64,000 nucleotides of DNA from Phoronis australis (lineage: Eukaryota; Animalia; Phoronida): contig NMRA01000187.1 in assembly GCA_002633005.1 (NCBI GenBank), forward strand, positions 367,740 to 431,739, read 5' to 3'. Every line of letters begins with the position of its first letter. Position 1 is the stretch's first letter. The notes under the pieces were generated by a model that searched no databases, was not told the DNA's origin, and worked only from the letters and a program-made list of their open reading frames with translations. A program made the position numbers and the translations under genes. Positions 56,201 to 64,000 of this stretch are shown one piece after another.

Positions 56201-58860
56201 ACGAAAGAAGACATCTTGCCAGAATTGGTCAGGGCACCTAGCGGCACAAACTGATCTGAAGTCGATAAGTTTTGTCTCAAATCTATCAATATAATACTTA
56301 CGAAGGTCTCAAGCACCCCTTCTGGTTCGACCATTATTTTCCCTGTCACAGCATGCGACGCACTTGACGATAATGCCGTGGCTGTTAACGTTATATTACC
56401 CAGCACTTGTGGGTATATCCAAACCTTTACAGTTGCGGTCTCTCCTACTTTGATGAGTGAAGGTATTGTTATTGGCTTTGACTTCCAACGGATCTTTTGA
56501 CCTGAAGTGCCCATTTCGTCGTATCTTACAAGAAAGTCATTCGATTGCCAAAGAGAAATTTCTGCTCGCTTTTCAGATTTCTCCAGATTGGACACTGAAA
56601 TTATCAACAAAAATTCCTCTCCTTTCTTTAGAGCTTCCGGGTAATGCATCAATATTAACAGTGCTTTGCGCACATTAATTTCGTTTTTCTCAGCAATTAA
56701 ACCGAATCCCGATGTACTGCTCAAGGTGAATATGCTGAGAGTAAGGCGCGTACATTCACCTGGTGCTTTTACGATCTTACACACAATGCCGTTGTCATTC
56801 GTTGGCCCAAATATCCACAACCAATGCAGCGGAGACACTGACCAACGTGAAGTAGCGCTTTGTGAACAAAACTTCGATGGCGTCTTCCGATTTGGCTGCG
56901 TCATGACCACATAACCATCCGTTAGTATACGGAGGCCACTATTAAAAAAAATACTCCGCGAGTCCGTTAGCCACATTCTGCACAAGTCTCCATTGCTTAC
57001 CAAGGGATCGTCACCGAGAGATGTGGACGAAACTGATTTGATGAATATCGCTAGTGATTCATATGTCAAAACACTCTGATAAGTTTGGGACTCAGTTGCA
57101 AGAACTGTGACGTATGAACCTGGCTTCGCAGATACGCAGGCCAACATCTCCTCCTTTGAATACAACACATTTTTCGTTGCTCCATCGTCAGCTACAAACT
57201 TCACATAGACTGGGTTTGTTTGACTGCAGTCAACTGTAAATTCCAACATACTTGCTGCTAGCTCATCACTGATGACGAAATACGCACCAAAACTGCATTC
57301 AGGCGAATACTTGGGAGTCATCTGACGAACAACAACATATGTATCTTCCGAAAGTATTGCGCTGCTGCTTTCAACAACCTGACCACGGCAGACAAAAAGG
57401 TAGTAAAATGGCATGGTGCCCACTTTGTGCAAGACTTCTACCACAAATCTGGCCGTCTCTCCGCATGCAAAGTGTTCCACCACGGCAGATACTTGTATAG
57501 TTTGACGAGTTTCAGACGTGAACTGTTCAACGGAAAACCGTTTTGTAGTAGATTTCAGCTCAGCTAATATGATCACTAAACCCTGAAGGTCGGTGGTGTC
57601 AAACGCAAAATTGATAGTGCTACCCTCTTTTGCATCATCGGTAAAGAATGTGCGTATCCTTGGCGCTTCAGAGATATCACGTGACCGTCCTTTTAAAGTA
57701 AACTTCAAATCACCCCACTCGTTTTCTGCAAGACTTCGGTTGAGAAATTCAACTTGAAGAGCTCCAACGTATGTTGTCCCTCTCACGTAAAACGGTGGAG
57801 ACCTTTTCAAAAACTTCAGCTGCACTTCATGTTGGTGAAGACCTACAAAGGCAGTCTCCTTTTCTCTATTTCCTGTCAAATACTCTGAAACTGTAGCTAT
57901 AATTACCATGACACCTACGTCCCCAGTTTTAAATCCATTCATACAATGGGCTACAAAATCGTCTTCAATCGTGTACTCCAAGATTCCAACGAATTCCTTA
58001 CTTGAGTACACAGTAGCCATTGGGCCATTTTCTTGATAACTACGCACTGAGCATGATATTTCCACTTTGAGCGACCCCACAACCTTTGAGTCCTTTTCGT
58101 ATGTAGCAATCACCGTAACTGGAAAACCAGTATTCCCATAAACGTAGTATCTAGGCGCTTCAATTGCAACTTTGAAGAAGGTCCTTGCTAACTCTTCAAC
58201 TTTAAAAATAATTGCTTCCTCAAGAACGTAACCACATGTTGACACTCTCACTTTCCAATCGCCAGTTGTTATTGTTCCAGCCAGTTCCATTTCACCTCGT
58301 GTTACCCCTGTTACAGGCTGCATATTTATCCACTCTTTTACTTTGCATCCGTCGGGGTCAACAACAGTAACGTTCATCTTGCAAGAAACATCACACGGAA
58401 GCAGCAACTGTGTTTCTGAACGTATACAAAATACCTCAAACGTAACTATTTCCGTTGGCTGATAGACCAGCTTATCGGTTTGAATGAACGAAATCGTTGG
58501 TTGTAAAGCAATTCTGACATCAGTCGAATTGTAGAATTCAAAATCGCCACCTTTCAATCTACTTGATATCAAATAGCCTGATCCTGGAGTTGTACCCACA
58601 GGGATAACCATGAACAGTATCACGCTTGACTGGTCAGCAGGCACCAAAGTTGACGCAAACGTTATGGGGTCTGTACTGTGTCCTCGCGAATAATGAAAGG
58701 ATAGATTCCATTCCGATGTAGTTGCACGAGGCATAAATAGGTTTAAAGACGCAGTACATCTAGCACCAACATAACATGTTACTGGAATGGTCGCCATGTA
58801 GGACACAGATGACACTGTTGGAAGGATATATTTAGTGACCAACAGCGCGATAATGAACAT
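50293..58860 (-). CDS. Intronless 2855-aa double alpha-2-macroglobulin/CD109-like (TEP-family) protein lacking thioester motifs
   Basis: Each family motif occurs twice: FIQTDKLVYQP/LIKTDKELYKQ, HWLW/FSETWLW, FGERN/YGEQN, DGSFGA..LWLTS/DNSFSLFG..LWLTAFV, IETTAYGLL/IETTAYALL, TGMSVTEI..LSGF/TGVGVVLV..ITGF. Hydrophobic N-terminus, and an S/T-rich then hydrophobic C-terminus. Confidence 0.95.
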   Translation of the reverse strand: MFIIALLVTKYILPTVSSVSYMATIPVTCYVGARCTASLNLFMPRATTSEWNLSFHYSRGHSTDPITFASTLVPADQSSVILFMVIPVGTTPGSGYLISSRLKGGDFEFYNSTDVRIALQPTISFIQTDKLVYQPTEIVTFEVFCIRSETQLLLPCDVSCKMNVTVVDPDGCKVKEWINMQPVTGVTRGEMELAGTITTGDWKVRVSTCGYVLEEAIIFKVEELARTFFKVAIEAPRYYVYGNTGFPVTVIATYEKDSKVVGSLKVEISCSVRSYQENGPMATVYSSKEFVGILEYTIEDDFVAHCMNGFKTGDVGVMVIIATVSEYLTGNREKETAFVGLHQHEVQLKFLKRSPPFYVRGTTYVGALQVEFLNRSLAENEWGDLKFTLKGRSRDISEAPRIRTFFTDDAKEGSTINFAFDTTDLQGLVIILAELKSTTKRFSVEQFTSETRQTIQVSAVVEHFACGETARFVVEVLHKVGTMPFYYLFVCRGQVVESSSAILSEDTYVVVRQMTPKYSPECSFGAYFVISDELAASMLEFTVDCSQTNPVYVKFVADDGATKNVLYSKEEMLACVSAKPGSYVTVLATESQTYQSVLTYESLAIFIKSVSSTSLGDDPLVSNGDLCRMWLTDSRSIFFNSGLRILTDGYVVMTQPNRKTPSKFCSQSATSRWSVSPLHWLWIFGPTNDNGIVCKIVKAPGECTRLTLSIFTLSSTSGFGLIAEKNEINVRKALLILMHYPEALKKGEEFLLIISVSNLEKSEKRAEISLWQSNDFLVRYDEMGTSGQKIRWKSKPITIPSLIKVGETATVKVWIYPQVLGNITLTATALSSSASHAVTGKIMVEPEGVLETFVSIILIDLRQNLSTSDQFVPLGALTNSGKMSSFVSDVVVAVANSLETVLAFNRVFGERNAISLFSDTLLLKYLDESSTTSPDLRKTILRKMTLTYQQQLAVRHPDGSFGALLKETGGGNLWLTSLTAKVLHQARSFIFVDEDVLIKATKWILMHQNSDGFFHEPGNVSYPEIQIIAQSDRVAISAHVLIALVENLDIGSDGIAEAIKLCTDYLYHQIDDLNDVHAISLATYALHVANSTVMDLAHDILTAMAIIEGNKMYWSTGDINAPVSAKEIETTAYGLLVSVIRQDHKEAVRIWNWLSIQMKAEGSMLPTHAVAVILQALSQSSTMLIDRSINMDIKLRCRNHNTVIGDYQFVFTDSMKTYFFKLPLETNNIEIAGLGYGTAALSIVSKNYKAEDKQTFFRMTVHVENHSEYQYSLQICQWSAAVPITGMSVTEIYGLSGFKPDRSSIELKPVDDIKHVDVASNRATVYHDNIIESKPTCMSILFKRSAIVRGHQRAVVKAFNSQRPGQHAVVFYFPAVRRPRMVEDHPRITQDDIAVTEQTSKLPVVPHVFLVPNVCYTNSECVIALHLLKTIDSDSVCNVSLYSLQDTKFLYPLSTASSVMTKMHTVATFNLFIPGDKPQAEGTVKFTLENSAIRFRLSNSSLIKIRRNRSMLLIKTDKELYKQSEIVKYRVMCIRLDSETLEPCSSSCKLNVSLIEPNGYTMKQLANRIFTVGVFFGEFHLADIPVTGKWMIKTSVCDSSYGKEFFSVLNYVEPVFHIKLSAPSHHFIGSSSLLVAVSAHRDFAKHVEGEISIIVSFESEQLRFLSPIVNTSDTFKFNYELSILDKDFVTWAGGKRILDNTRLVFKVKVREIGTDFTELTESVVTLYTREVRFRFTDSSPSAYMPNTTYYGSLHVEMAHESLVNKEWNGLQITIRSETSSFFRTIAYFSFQNVDANGIIKFSFDTKHLIGLLAIEARLDDMKELKYIDEFRSLNKEFIHVSLKSNDLKCGESAEFDVTLSSKLDKVFSYVFVCRGIMVENSQDFLKDGKYVIWRNMTSIHSPSCKLLVFTEFQQEIIADSIHFVVECFSNAVKIHFPESRHSMRLPSVVLRSNLVNIQIANKEDRETVSLENHDQQVTVCATAKPHSFVGLAVGDQLAPNAVADISSVNIDYQFQLQHKTDERPPLLLGIESLEMFQLAGVRVLSNLAVYKLSEINKMEILAEWPITRNDEALMEREKVRNERLFSETWLWLHGRTDESGRFCHSADVPDRSATWRAFGFAMSESGGLGVVLQPTKIALRRTHDVFMKCPLSVKRHEQFLLTISVMNYIDSVQTINIILQKSRDFSVKNDEATDVSDMGISKEFIATSNVEPKSANFVDVWIIPKVFGNITLSVEARSAISLRRLKQVVVVVSAGLLKHSMTSVLVDLRTGNPVSKTLKDIELPTEASTQSGLTSVYLSGDLLALTLQHLEKLTPQLTEYGEQNLITFVSSTLVLRYLSVFPEILSSIQDKIRGNLEMDYQRRMVFFRKDNSFSLFGNADKSGSLWLTAFVTKSFLWASDFIFVDQHLLSNSLVWILRQQEADGAFREPGRTLHPSMQGIHTESKMSLTAFVVIALQEYKNATVDLTNAIVRASSYLGRHFREVYDVYTTAIVTYALHLVNNELKDAAFAKLDSVAKVQDGEKYWTKVAGDVYEMPSAVDIETTAYALLTTILRDGPDAFDIAKWLIHHSNGRGGFFSTPDTAVVLNALSELASSVKSITSNLVVSVRFYQQDNLVGSHRFVSKDKRFEVQKIKAPMETDVVKVTATGSGFAVVSIVGSYHQLIESYSSIHLSVDVKDQSQYAYTLHICHWSTDILKTGVGVVLVEAITGFSLRPQDADIPLQRYNVMEIDVGRSQVALYYVDIAMGFQSCFSVSFRRKRIVASLQNACVKVFSYHDPRKQAHKCYRFSGNQPVSLTTAAVKRSAAFSVSSTTTSIKPITKKRESEHLQSGVTRLHSILMVTLFEFLLLSFELFT

Positions 58861-59110
58861 TGTCGTACGATGATCACTTTCTGGAAAGGATTGCGTCAGA
58901 TATGCTTCTAATTCGTGGCACGCGACAGTGCTCGTGAAACTGAATGCCTCTCGTGATTTTTTCCGTCGTTGTCACGAGCATCATCAATTGTTGATTAATT
59001 ATTTAATACTTCGGTCCATGTTTACTTAAAAGCAATGCTTTGATCAATTCACATAGGAATAGGAAGGTTTGCCTCATTTTTTGCGCATTTTGACATGGCA
59101 CCGATTTTCA

Positions 59111-59265
59111 TAGCCAGCCAGATAGCTGTAAGAAGACTACGGTCAAAATACAGCTAGGTACCACTGAGTGTTTTTCTTCCGTAGACCTAGCCAGCCAGCT
59201 AGCTGTATGAAGATTGTCGTCAAAATAAAGCTAGGTACCACTGTGTGCATTTCTTCCGTAGACCC
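59111..59265. repeat. ~77-bp tandem duplication
   Basis: TAGCCAGCCAG.TAGCTGTA...AGCTAGGTACCACTG...TTTCTTCCGTAGACC occurs twice. Confidence 0.85.
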
Positions 59266-60650
59266 CGAAATTCCACACAGCCAGGGTAGTTCTGCTAGTC
59301 ACCTCGCCGCGAAACTTGTATCAACATGTAAAGCTTAAGACCGGACGGGGGTGCATGAAAAATATGGTAATCAACCGACACTCACCTTGCCCGTTACAGC
59401 CGTTTAAGTGAAAAACAATGCGATAAACGTCATTTTCTTGCGAAGCTCTCCGCCTTTTCTAAAAATTGAAAAGTATGTCGTCGTTTGGAAAACAGTGCGC
59501 TCGTGTCACACGCACGCGCCATTTCCTAATTTTTGCGACATCTCTCAGGAGATGATGATATGAGCTTGGCAGCAGCAAAATTTCTTCTGAAATTCGGTTT
59601 TTCGGAATCAAAATTCTAAAAACTTATAATGAAGTGAAACCAGTTCCGATAATTTGTTACGCAACCTCGTGAAAGGATAACAGTTGATTGAAGAATCGGC
59701 GAAAAAAGAAACTAGCCAATAGGTGACGCAATATTTCATGGCGCCGAAAGCCGTCGCTAAAGATCGCTCCACAACTTTAGCAGCAGAATAACGGTAGAAC
59801 GCCTTTTTTTCCAACACCGTTAAATAATTCAGTTTACTCAAAGAAGACTGTAGTTTTTAATGATACTAATTTTGTGTCAGATTTTATCTTACCACTTTTT
59901 TTTACCCACATCAGTGCAAAGCTGTATATTTATATACAGCTTTGTACCAAGGCTACCGTAGACCCCGAAACTGCACACAGCCAGGGTAGTTCTGCTCGTC
60001 ACCTCGCCCTGAAACTTGTATCAACATACTGTATAATGCTGATCACCGGACGAGGTGCATGCAAAATCTTGGAATCAACCGACACTCACCTTGTCGGTTA
60101 CAGCAGTTTAAGTGAAAAGTAATTTAATTAACGTCATTTTCTTGCGTAATCCTCCGCCTTTTCTAACAAAGAAAAGTTATTTCGTGGTTTCGAAACCAAT
60201 TCGCTCGTGACACGCGCACGCGCCATTTCCTAATATGCGACATCTCTCGGGAGATGATGATAGCTTGGCAGCAGCAAAATTTCTTCTGAAATTCGATTTG
60301 CTGGTATCAAAATTCTAAAAACTTATAATGAAGTGAAACCAGTTCCGGTAATTTGTTGTGACGTGTACGCAACCTCGTGAAAGAACAACAGTTGATTGAA
60401 GAATCGGAGAAAAAAGAAACTGGCCAATAGGTGACGGAATATATTTCATGGCGCCGAAAGCCAACGCAGAAGATCGCTCCACAACTTTAGCAGCAGAATA
60501 AAGGTAGAACGCCAATTTTTCCAAAACCAGAAAATAATTTTACTTACTCAAATATGCGTGTAGGTTTTAATGACACTAATTTTTGTGTCATATTTTATCT
60601 GGTCAGTTTTTTTTACCCACATCGGCGCAAAGCTGTATATTTAGTATACA
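59256..60650. repeat. Diverged ~700-bp tandem duplication upstream of the TEP gene
   Basis: Units start at CCGTAGACCCCGAAA (59256 and 59956). They are colinear with many substitutions and indels, and no N lies at the junction. Confidence 0.9.
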
Positions 60651-60822
60651 TTAAGCATGCGCAATGCGCAGTTCACAGTGGTGCTACCGTTTTTTTTAGT
60701 CCGCCCAATTTTTGTTACGAAAAGGTTCACAAAGTTAGGAATTCGAGACCCCACATATTGAAGGCTGTGCGCGCATGGATCACATTTGTTTTGGCCGAGT
60801 ACGAACTTTCAAATCAGCGCAC

Positions 60823-60961
60823 ATGTAAACAACGACATATTGATCGACAATTCGGTTTATTGTCTCTAAACCATTGGAATACTGTGAACTTTGGTCGTTT
60901 GTCTTGAGAATAGTTTAGAGACAATAAACCAAAACGTCGATCAATATATCGTTGTTTACAT
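60823..60961. repeat. Long imperfect inverted repeat (~53-bp arms, ~33-nt spacer)
   Basis: ATGTAAACAACGACATATTGATCGAC...TTTATTGTCTCTAAAC versus GTTTAGAGACAATAAA...GTCGATCAATATATCGTTGTTTACAT. Confidence 0.9.
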
Positions 60962-62210
60962 AGAAATAATTTATTACGCGCTAATTTTAAATTTCGCCGC
61001 ACTGATAGACTTGGTATTCCTGTTGGTCGGGTAACCGAAATAGAATCAAATCACTGTAAGGAATATTACGGGACCATTTTACGCAAGTGACAGGTCTAAC
61101 ACAGTCGATGACAAACATGACGAAATGCAGCGTCTAACAAATCTCACACTCAAGTCCCGGCAATCCGGTCGCTCAAGGAAACCATGCACGCCCACTCGGT
61201 GCCAGTTTCTTTGTCATCTTTCTAAATGTTAATGTTCATTAAGAGCCACTAGGATTAGAAATTCATCCATCAAATCCATGATGTATTCGTACTCAAAATA
61301 TTGACACTCATCTTGAGTTTGCACGAAAGTAGAATAGAAAATGTCAAACAACTTTTTCGAGTTCGATAGGACCAAAAGTGAGAGCTCCGCAGGGCCCTGG
61401 TTTGCGTTTGGAGATTTTTTGAGGCAGTGATTTTTTAAAAAGTCACCTCAGTGATATGAACTGTAAAAATAGTGCGGGATAATTTCCAATTTTACAACTT
61501 CAGCAGTCCACTGAGGTGGTTGACTGTATCCCACTTGCCCCAGCAAATGAAGTTCAATTAAACGCCGGTCATGGACGGGCGTCTGAATGGTCGCTCCGAA
61601 AGAGCCATATTGTTAAAAAAAACTACCTTAGGTACGCTGTGAAGCTTCACTAAAAGCGAGGGGCAATGCTTTACTTGAAACAGTGATGAGCAGGTTTCAA
61701 CATGAGTTTCAGGTGCAGATCAGAACCTACGCCATTTGTGACCAGTACGAAGGTGCTCATATTGTGTTATTAGATGCGGCTGTTGAAGCATCTATCGACA
61801 GCGACATCTGTTGCCATTTGTGAAGACAACCGTGCATGATACCGGCAAGCTGCAACTTGCTCATTATTCTGCCAAACCACAATCACTGATCGATTTGCGT
61901 TAGCAGAACGAAGAACAGTGTGTTCTGGATATGAGTGCAGTCACTGGCCATGTAATCGACGCTTCTTGGTAACATACTCGAAGCCAGCACTTTTAACTGA
62001 CAGCGTACATTTGTCGACTGAGAGGTGGCGCTCAAAATTGGAAAAACCCAAAATTCCCAATCCACTATTGTGAGTGGTAGTAGGAATTTCCCGGCAGCTT
62101 TATTGATCACGTACCATCCCGCGCAGCTGCTCACCACCAATTTCGAAGAAATTTCAACTCATTTTTTGACTGTACCGTGCTCACGCTTGGAAATTCATCG
62201 CGAAAAATTG

Positions 62211-62333
62211 ATGAGTAATGAAGCCGAGACAACAGATTCCGAGGACAAGGAAAAATCAAAACGAGAAAGAGGTCGGCTGGCATCGAAGCGATATCACGAG
62301 AGGAAGGGGCAGCGAATTCAACAACTAATAGAG
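62211..62333 (+). CDS. Candidate first coding exon of a small divergent bZIP protein (BATF/ATF3/Fos-like basic region)
   Basis: MSNEAETTDSEDKEKSKRERGRLASKRYHERKGQRIQQLIE followed by GAG|GTATAA. The spacing fits a basic region plus first zipper Leu. No downstream zipper exon was identified. Confidence 0.5.
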
Positions 62334-62906
62334 GTATAACGGGAGGAGGGCAATGACTCGACAAAGTGAAACTAAAAGTTTCAATACACAAAAATAATTT
62401 AAGAAGATGAAGAAGTCATTTGTTTTTTGTTTGTTTTTTACGTTACACTGGCACCACACACGGCAGAAACACAAAAGCGTATGCCAGTCGCTAATTCTCA
62501 TTTTCCAAATCCAGCGAACTCAGTCGGGTAAGTTTTATATAAGAGAAGTTCACCAGATTGGCCACCGAAGACCAAAGTACTAGTCAAAAACACTGAAAAA
62601 AAAATTAAATAAAAAAATATAATAAAAGAACACTGACATACCAACTGATTTGTCAAAGAGCCCAAAACTGCAACTTTGATCGCATCTGTGAGAAACTGTG
62701 CGGACCACGGCACGAGGCCACAACTAGTCAGACCGCATGGAAGAAACAGCCTCGAGAAAATACATGTTTGAGCCTAACTCAAAAGGACTTCAACGAGTAC
62801 AACAGTTAAGGAATGCAACGTAAAGTCCGCAAGCTGTTGTGGCGCAATGTCCATCCAAAGAATAGCGCTAACGAAGAAACGAATGCTGCTTATTAAGCAC
62901 ACGCCG

Positions 62907-63149
62907 CATGCGCGCACCCAGGTGGGCTCGCGGGCTCGAACGAACTCCCATTTGGCGAAATGGGCAAAAAGGTCCGCCTAAGAGAAACAAAAAGTCCAAG
63001 AAAACGAGACAAAAGTCCACTGAAAAATTCACAGACGCACAGTGAAGGTGGTACTCCGTTTTTTTTAGCCCTCCCGCTTTTTTGTCAGCAAAAGGTCCAC
63101 ATCGCCAGAAATTCGAGCCCCCCCACATTAAAGGCTGGGTGCGCGCATG
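62907..63149. mobile_element. MITE with CATGCGCGCACCCAG termini and 5-bp TSD
   Basis: Perfect TIRs, with CGCCG directly repeated at 62902-62906 and 63150-63154. Homologous to 27204-27461. Confidence 0.88.
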
Positions 63150-64000
63150 CGCCGTCATAAAGAGTTTAAATTACCCCACCCCCCACTTTCACTTCCTTTC
63201 GCATTCGTAATCCTTCAGTTTCTAGTGCACGTTTTTTTCTCACCGTGAAAAGTCTGTCAAGAGGGTGTCGACAGTCTAGGTTGAAACCGCTAAAATTACG
63301 TCGTATAAAAAGCGTAAGTAGTTCCCAAAAGAGTATAGCTCAGCCACAACGAAGCTTTATCATTCAATGCGAAGAACGGACTTTGGCATGATCTGCCGAG
63401 GACGCACCATCGCCGCAAGGGGAGCCGGGACGTACCCAATAACGGAAAGAACGGACAAAAACGGGAACGGAGTAGAGAAAGTAGCCGGCGCCACGGCTGT
63501 TAGCGGTGCTTATGGCTGGAGATTTTGAAGTGCATATCATAAGCAATTCTACAGGAAATGTGTCTACCAAGGGTCCAACGCACATCACACATTTTTAAGA
63601 TCTGAATTTATTTTTCACTTTTCCGTGCGGTCTTACAAAGTCTTCAGTAGGATTTTAGTGTTTTACACGGGCCCCATAATGACATTCGGTAACGCTACCG
63701 GAGATCGTAAAATGAATAAATGGTCCGTTAACTCCCTGTCCATCCGGCACATTTCTCTTCTGCCCCTCGAATTTCTGGGTACGTCCATTTCATCTGAAAA
63801 TCCGCAATTCCCATTTTGGCCCACCTCTTTCATCGGTTGTCTAGTGACCTTCACCCTAGTCTGATAATTTTTCTCTATAAAAGAAGGCACAAGTAAAAAA
63901 AAAGCGAAACAACGCAAGCATAAGCCTAGTCTGTACATCAACACCACTAACCAACAAGGCAAATTTTGAAATGTTTCGTTCCCGGGGGAGACGTACTCTC

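Noticed and set aside
52019-56914. Plus-strand and alternative-frame ORFs within the TEP gene
   Set aside because: They are shadow ORFs of the long minus-strand CDS.
63364-63962. Minus-strand ORFs at the window end
   Set aside because: No recognisable motifs. They may be exons of an off-window gene, but this cannot be supported here.

Overview
Genomic DNA from an invertebrate animal, with GT-AG introns and abundant transposon debris (probably a lophotrochozoan-type bilaterian, which is inference only). Genes reconstructed by hand: three tandem calmodulin genes on the minus strand (one divergent and running off the window start, two near-canonical), a 3-exon atypical Cdc42-family Rho GTPase, neuroendocrine 7B2 (SCG5), a cytosolic sulfotransferase with a LINE remnant in its intron, and a possible divergent bZIP exon. 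The outstanding feature is an intronless 8.57-kb ORF (2855 aa) encoding two complete alpha-2-macroglobulin/CD109-type (TEP) modules fused head-to-tail. Both modules lack the thioester Cys. They are joined by an RRPR-containing linker, and the chain has a signal peptide and a GPI-signal-like tail. Other points of interest: apparent exon-restricted gene conversion between CaM paralogs, a cryptic alternative CaM exon, a Helentron-like element carrying 8 co-oriented CTCF-like motifs, a Penelope remnant with a hammerhead-like motif beside TTAGGG-like repeats, and two duplications abutting single N bases that are probably assembly artefacts. All coordinates and difference counts were made by eye and should be checked computationally.
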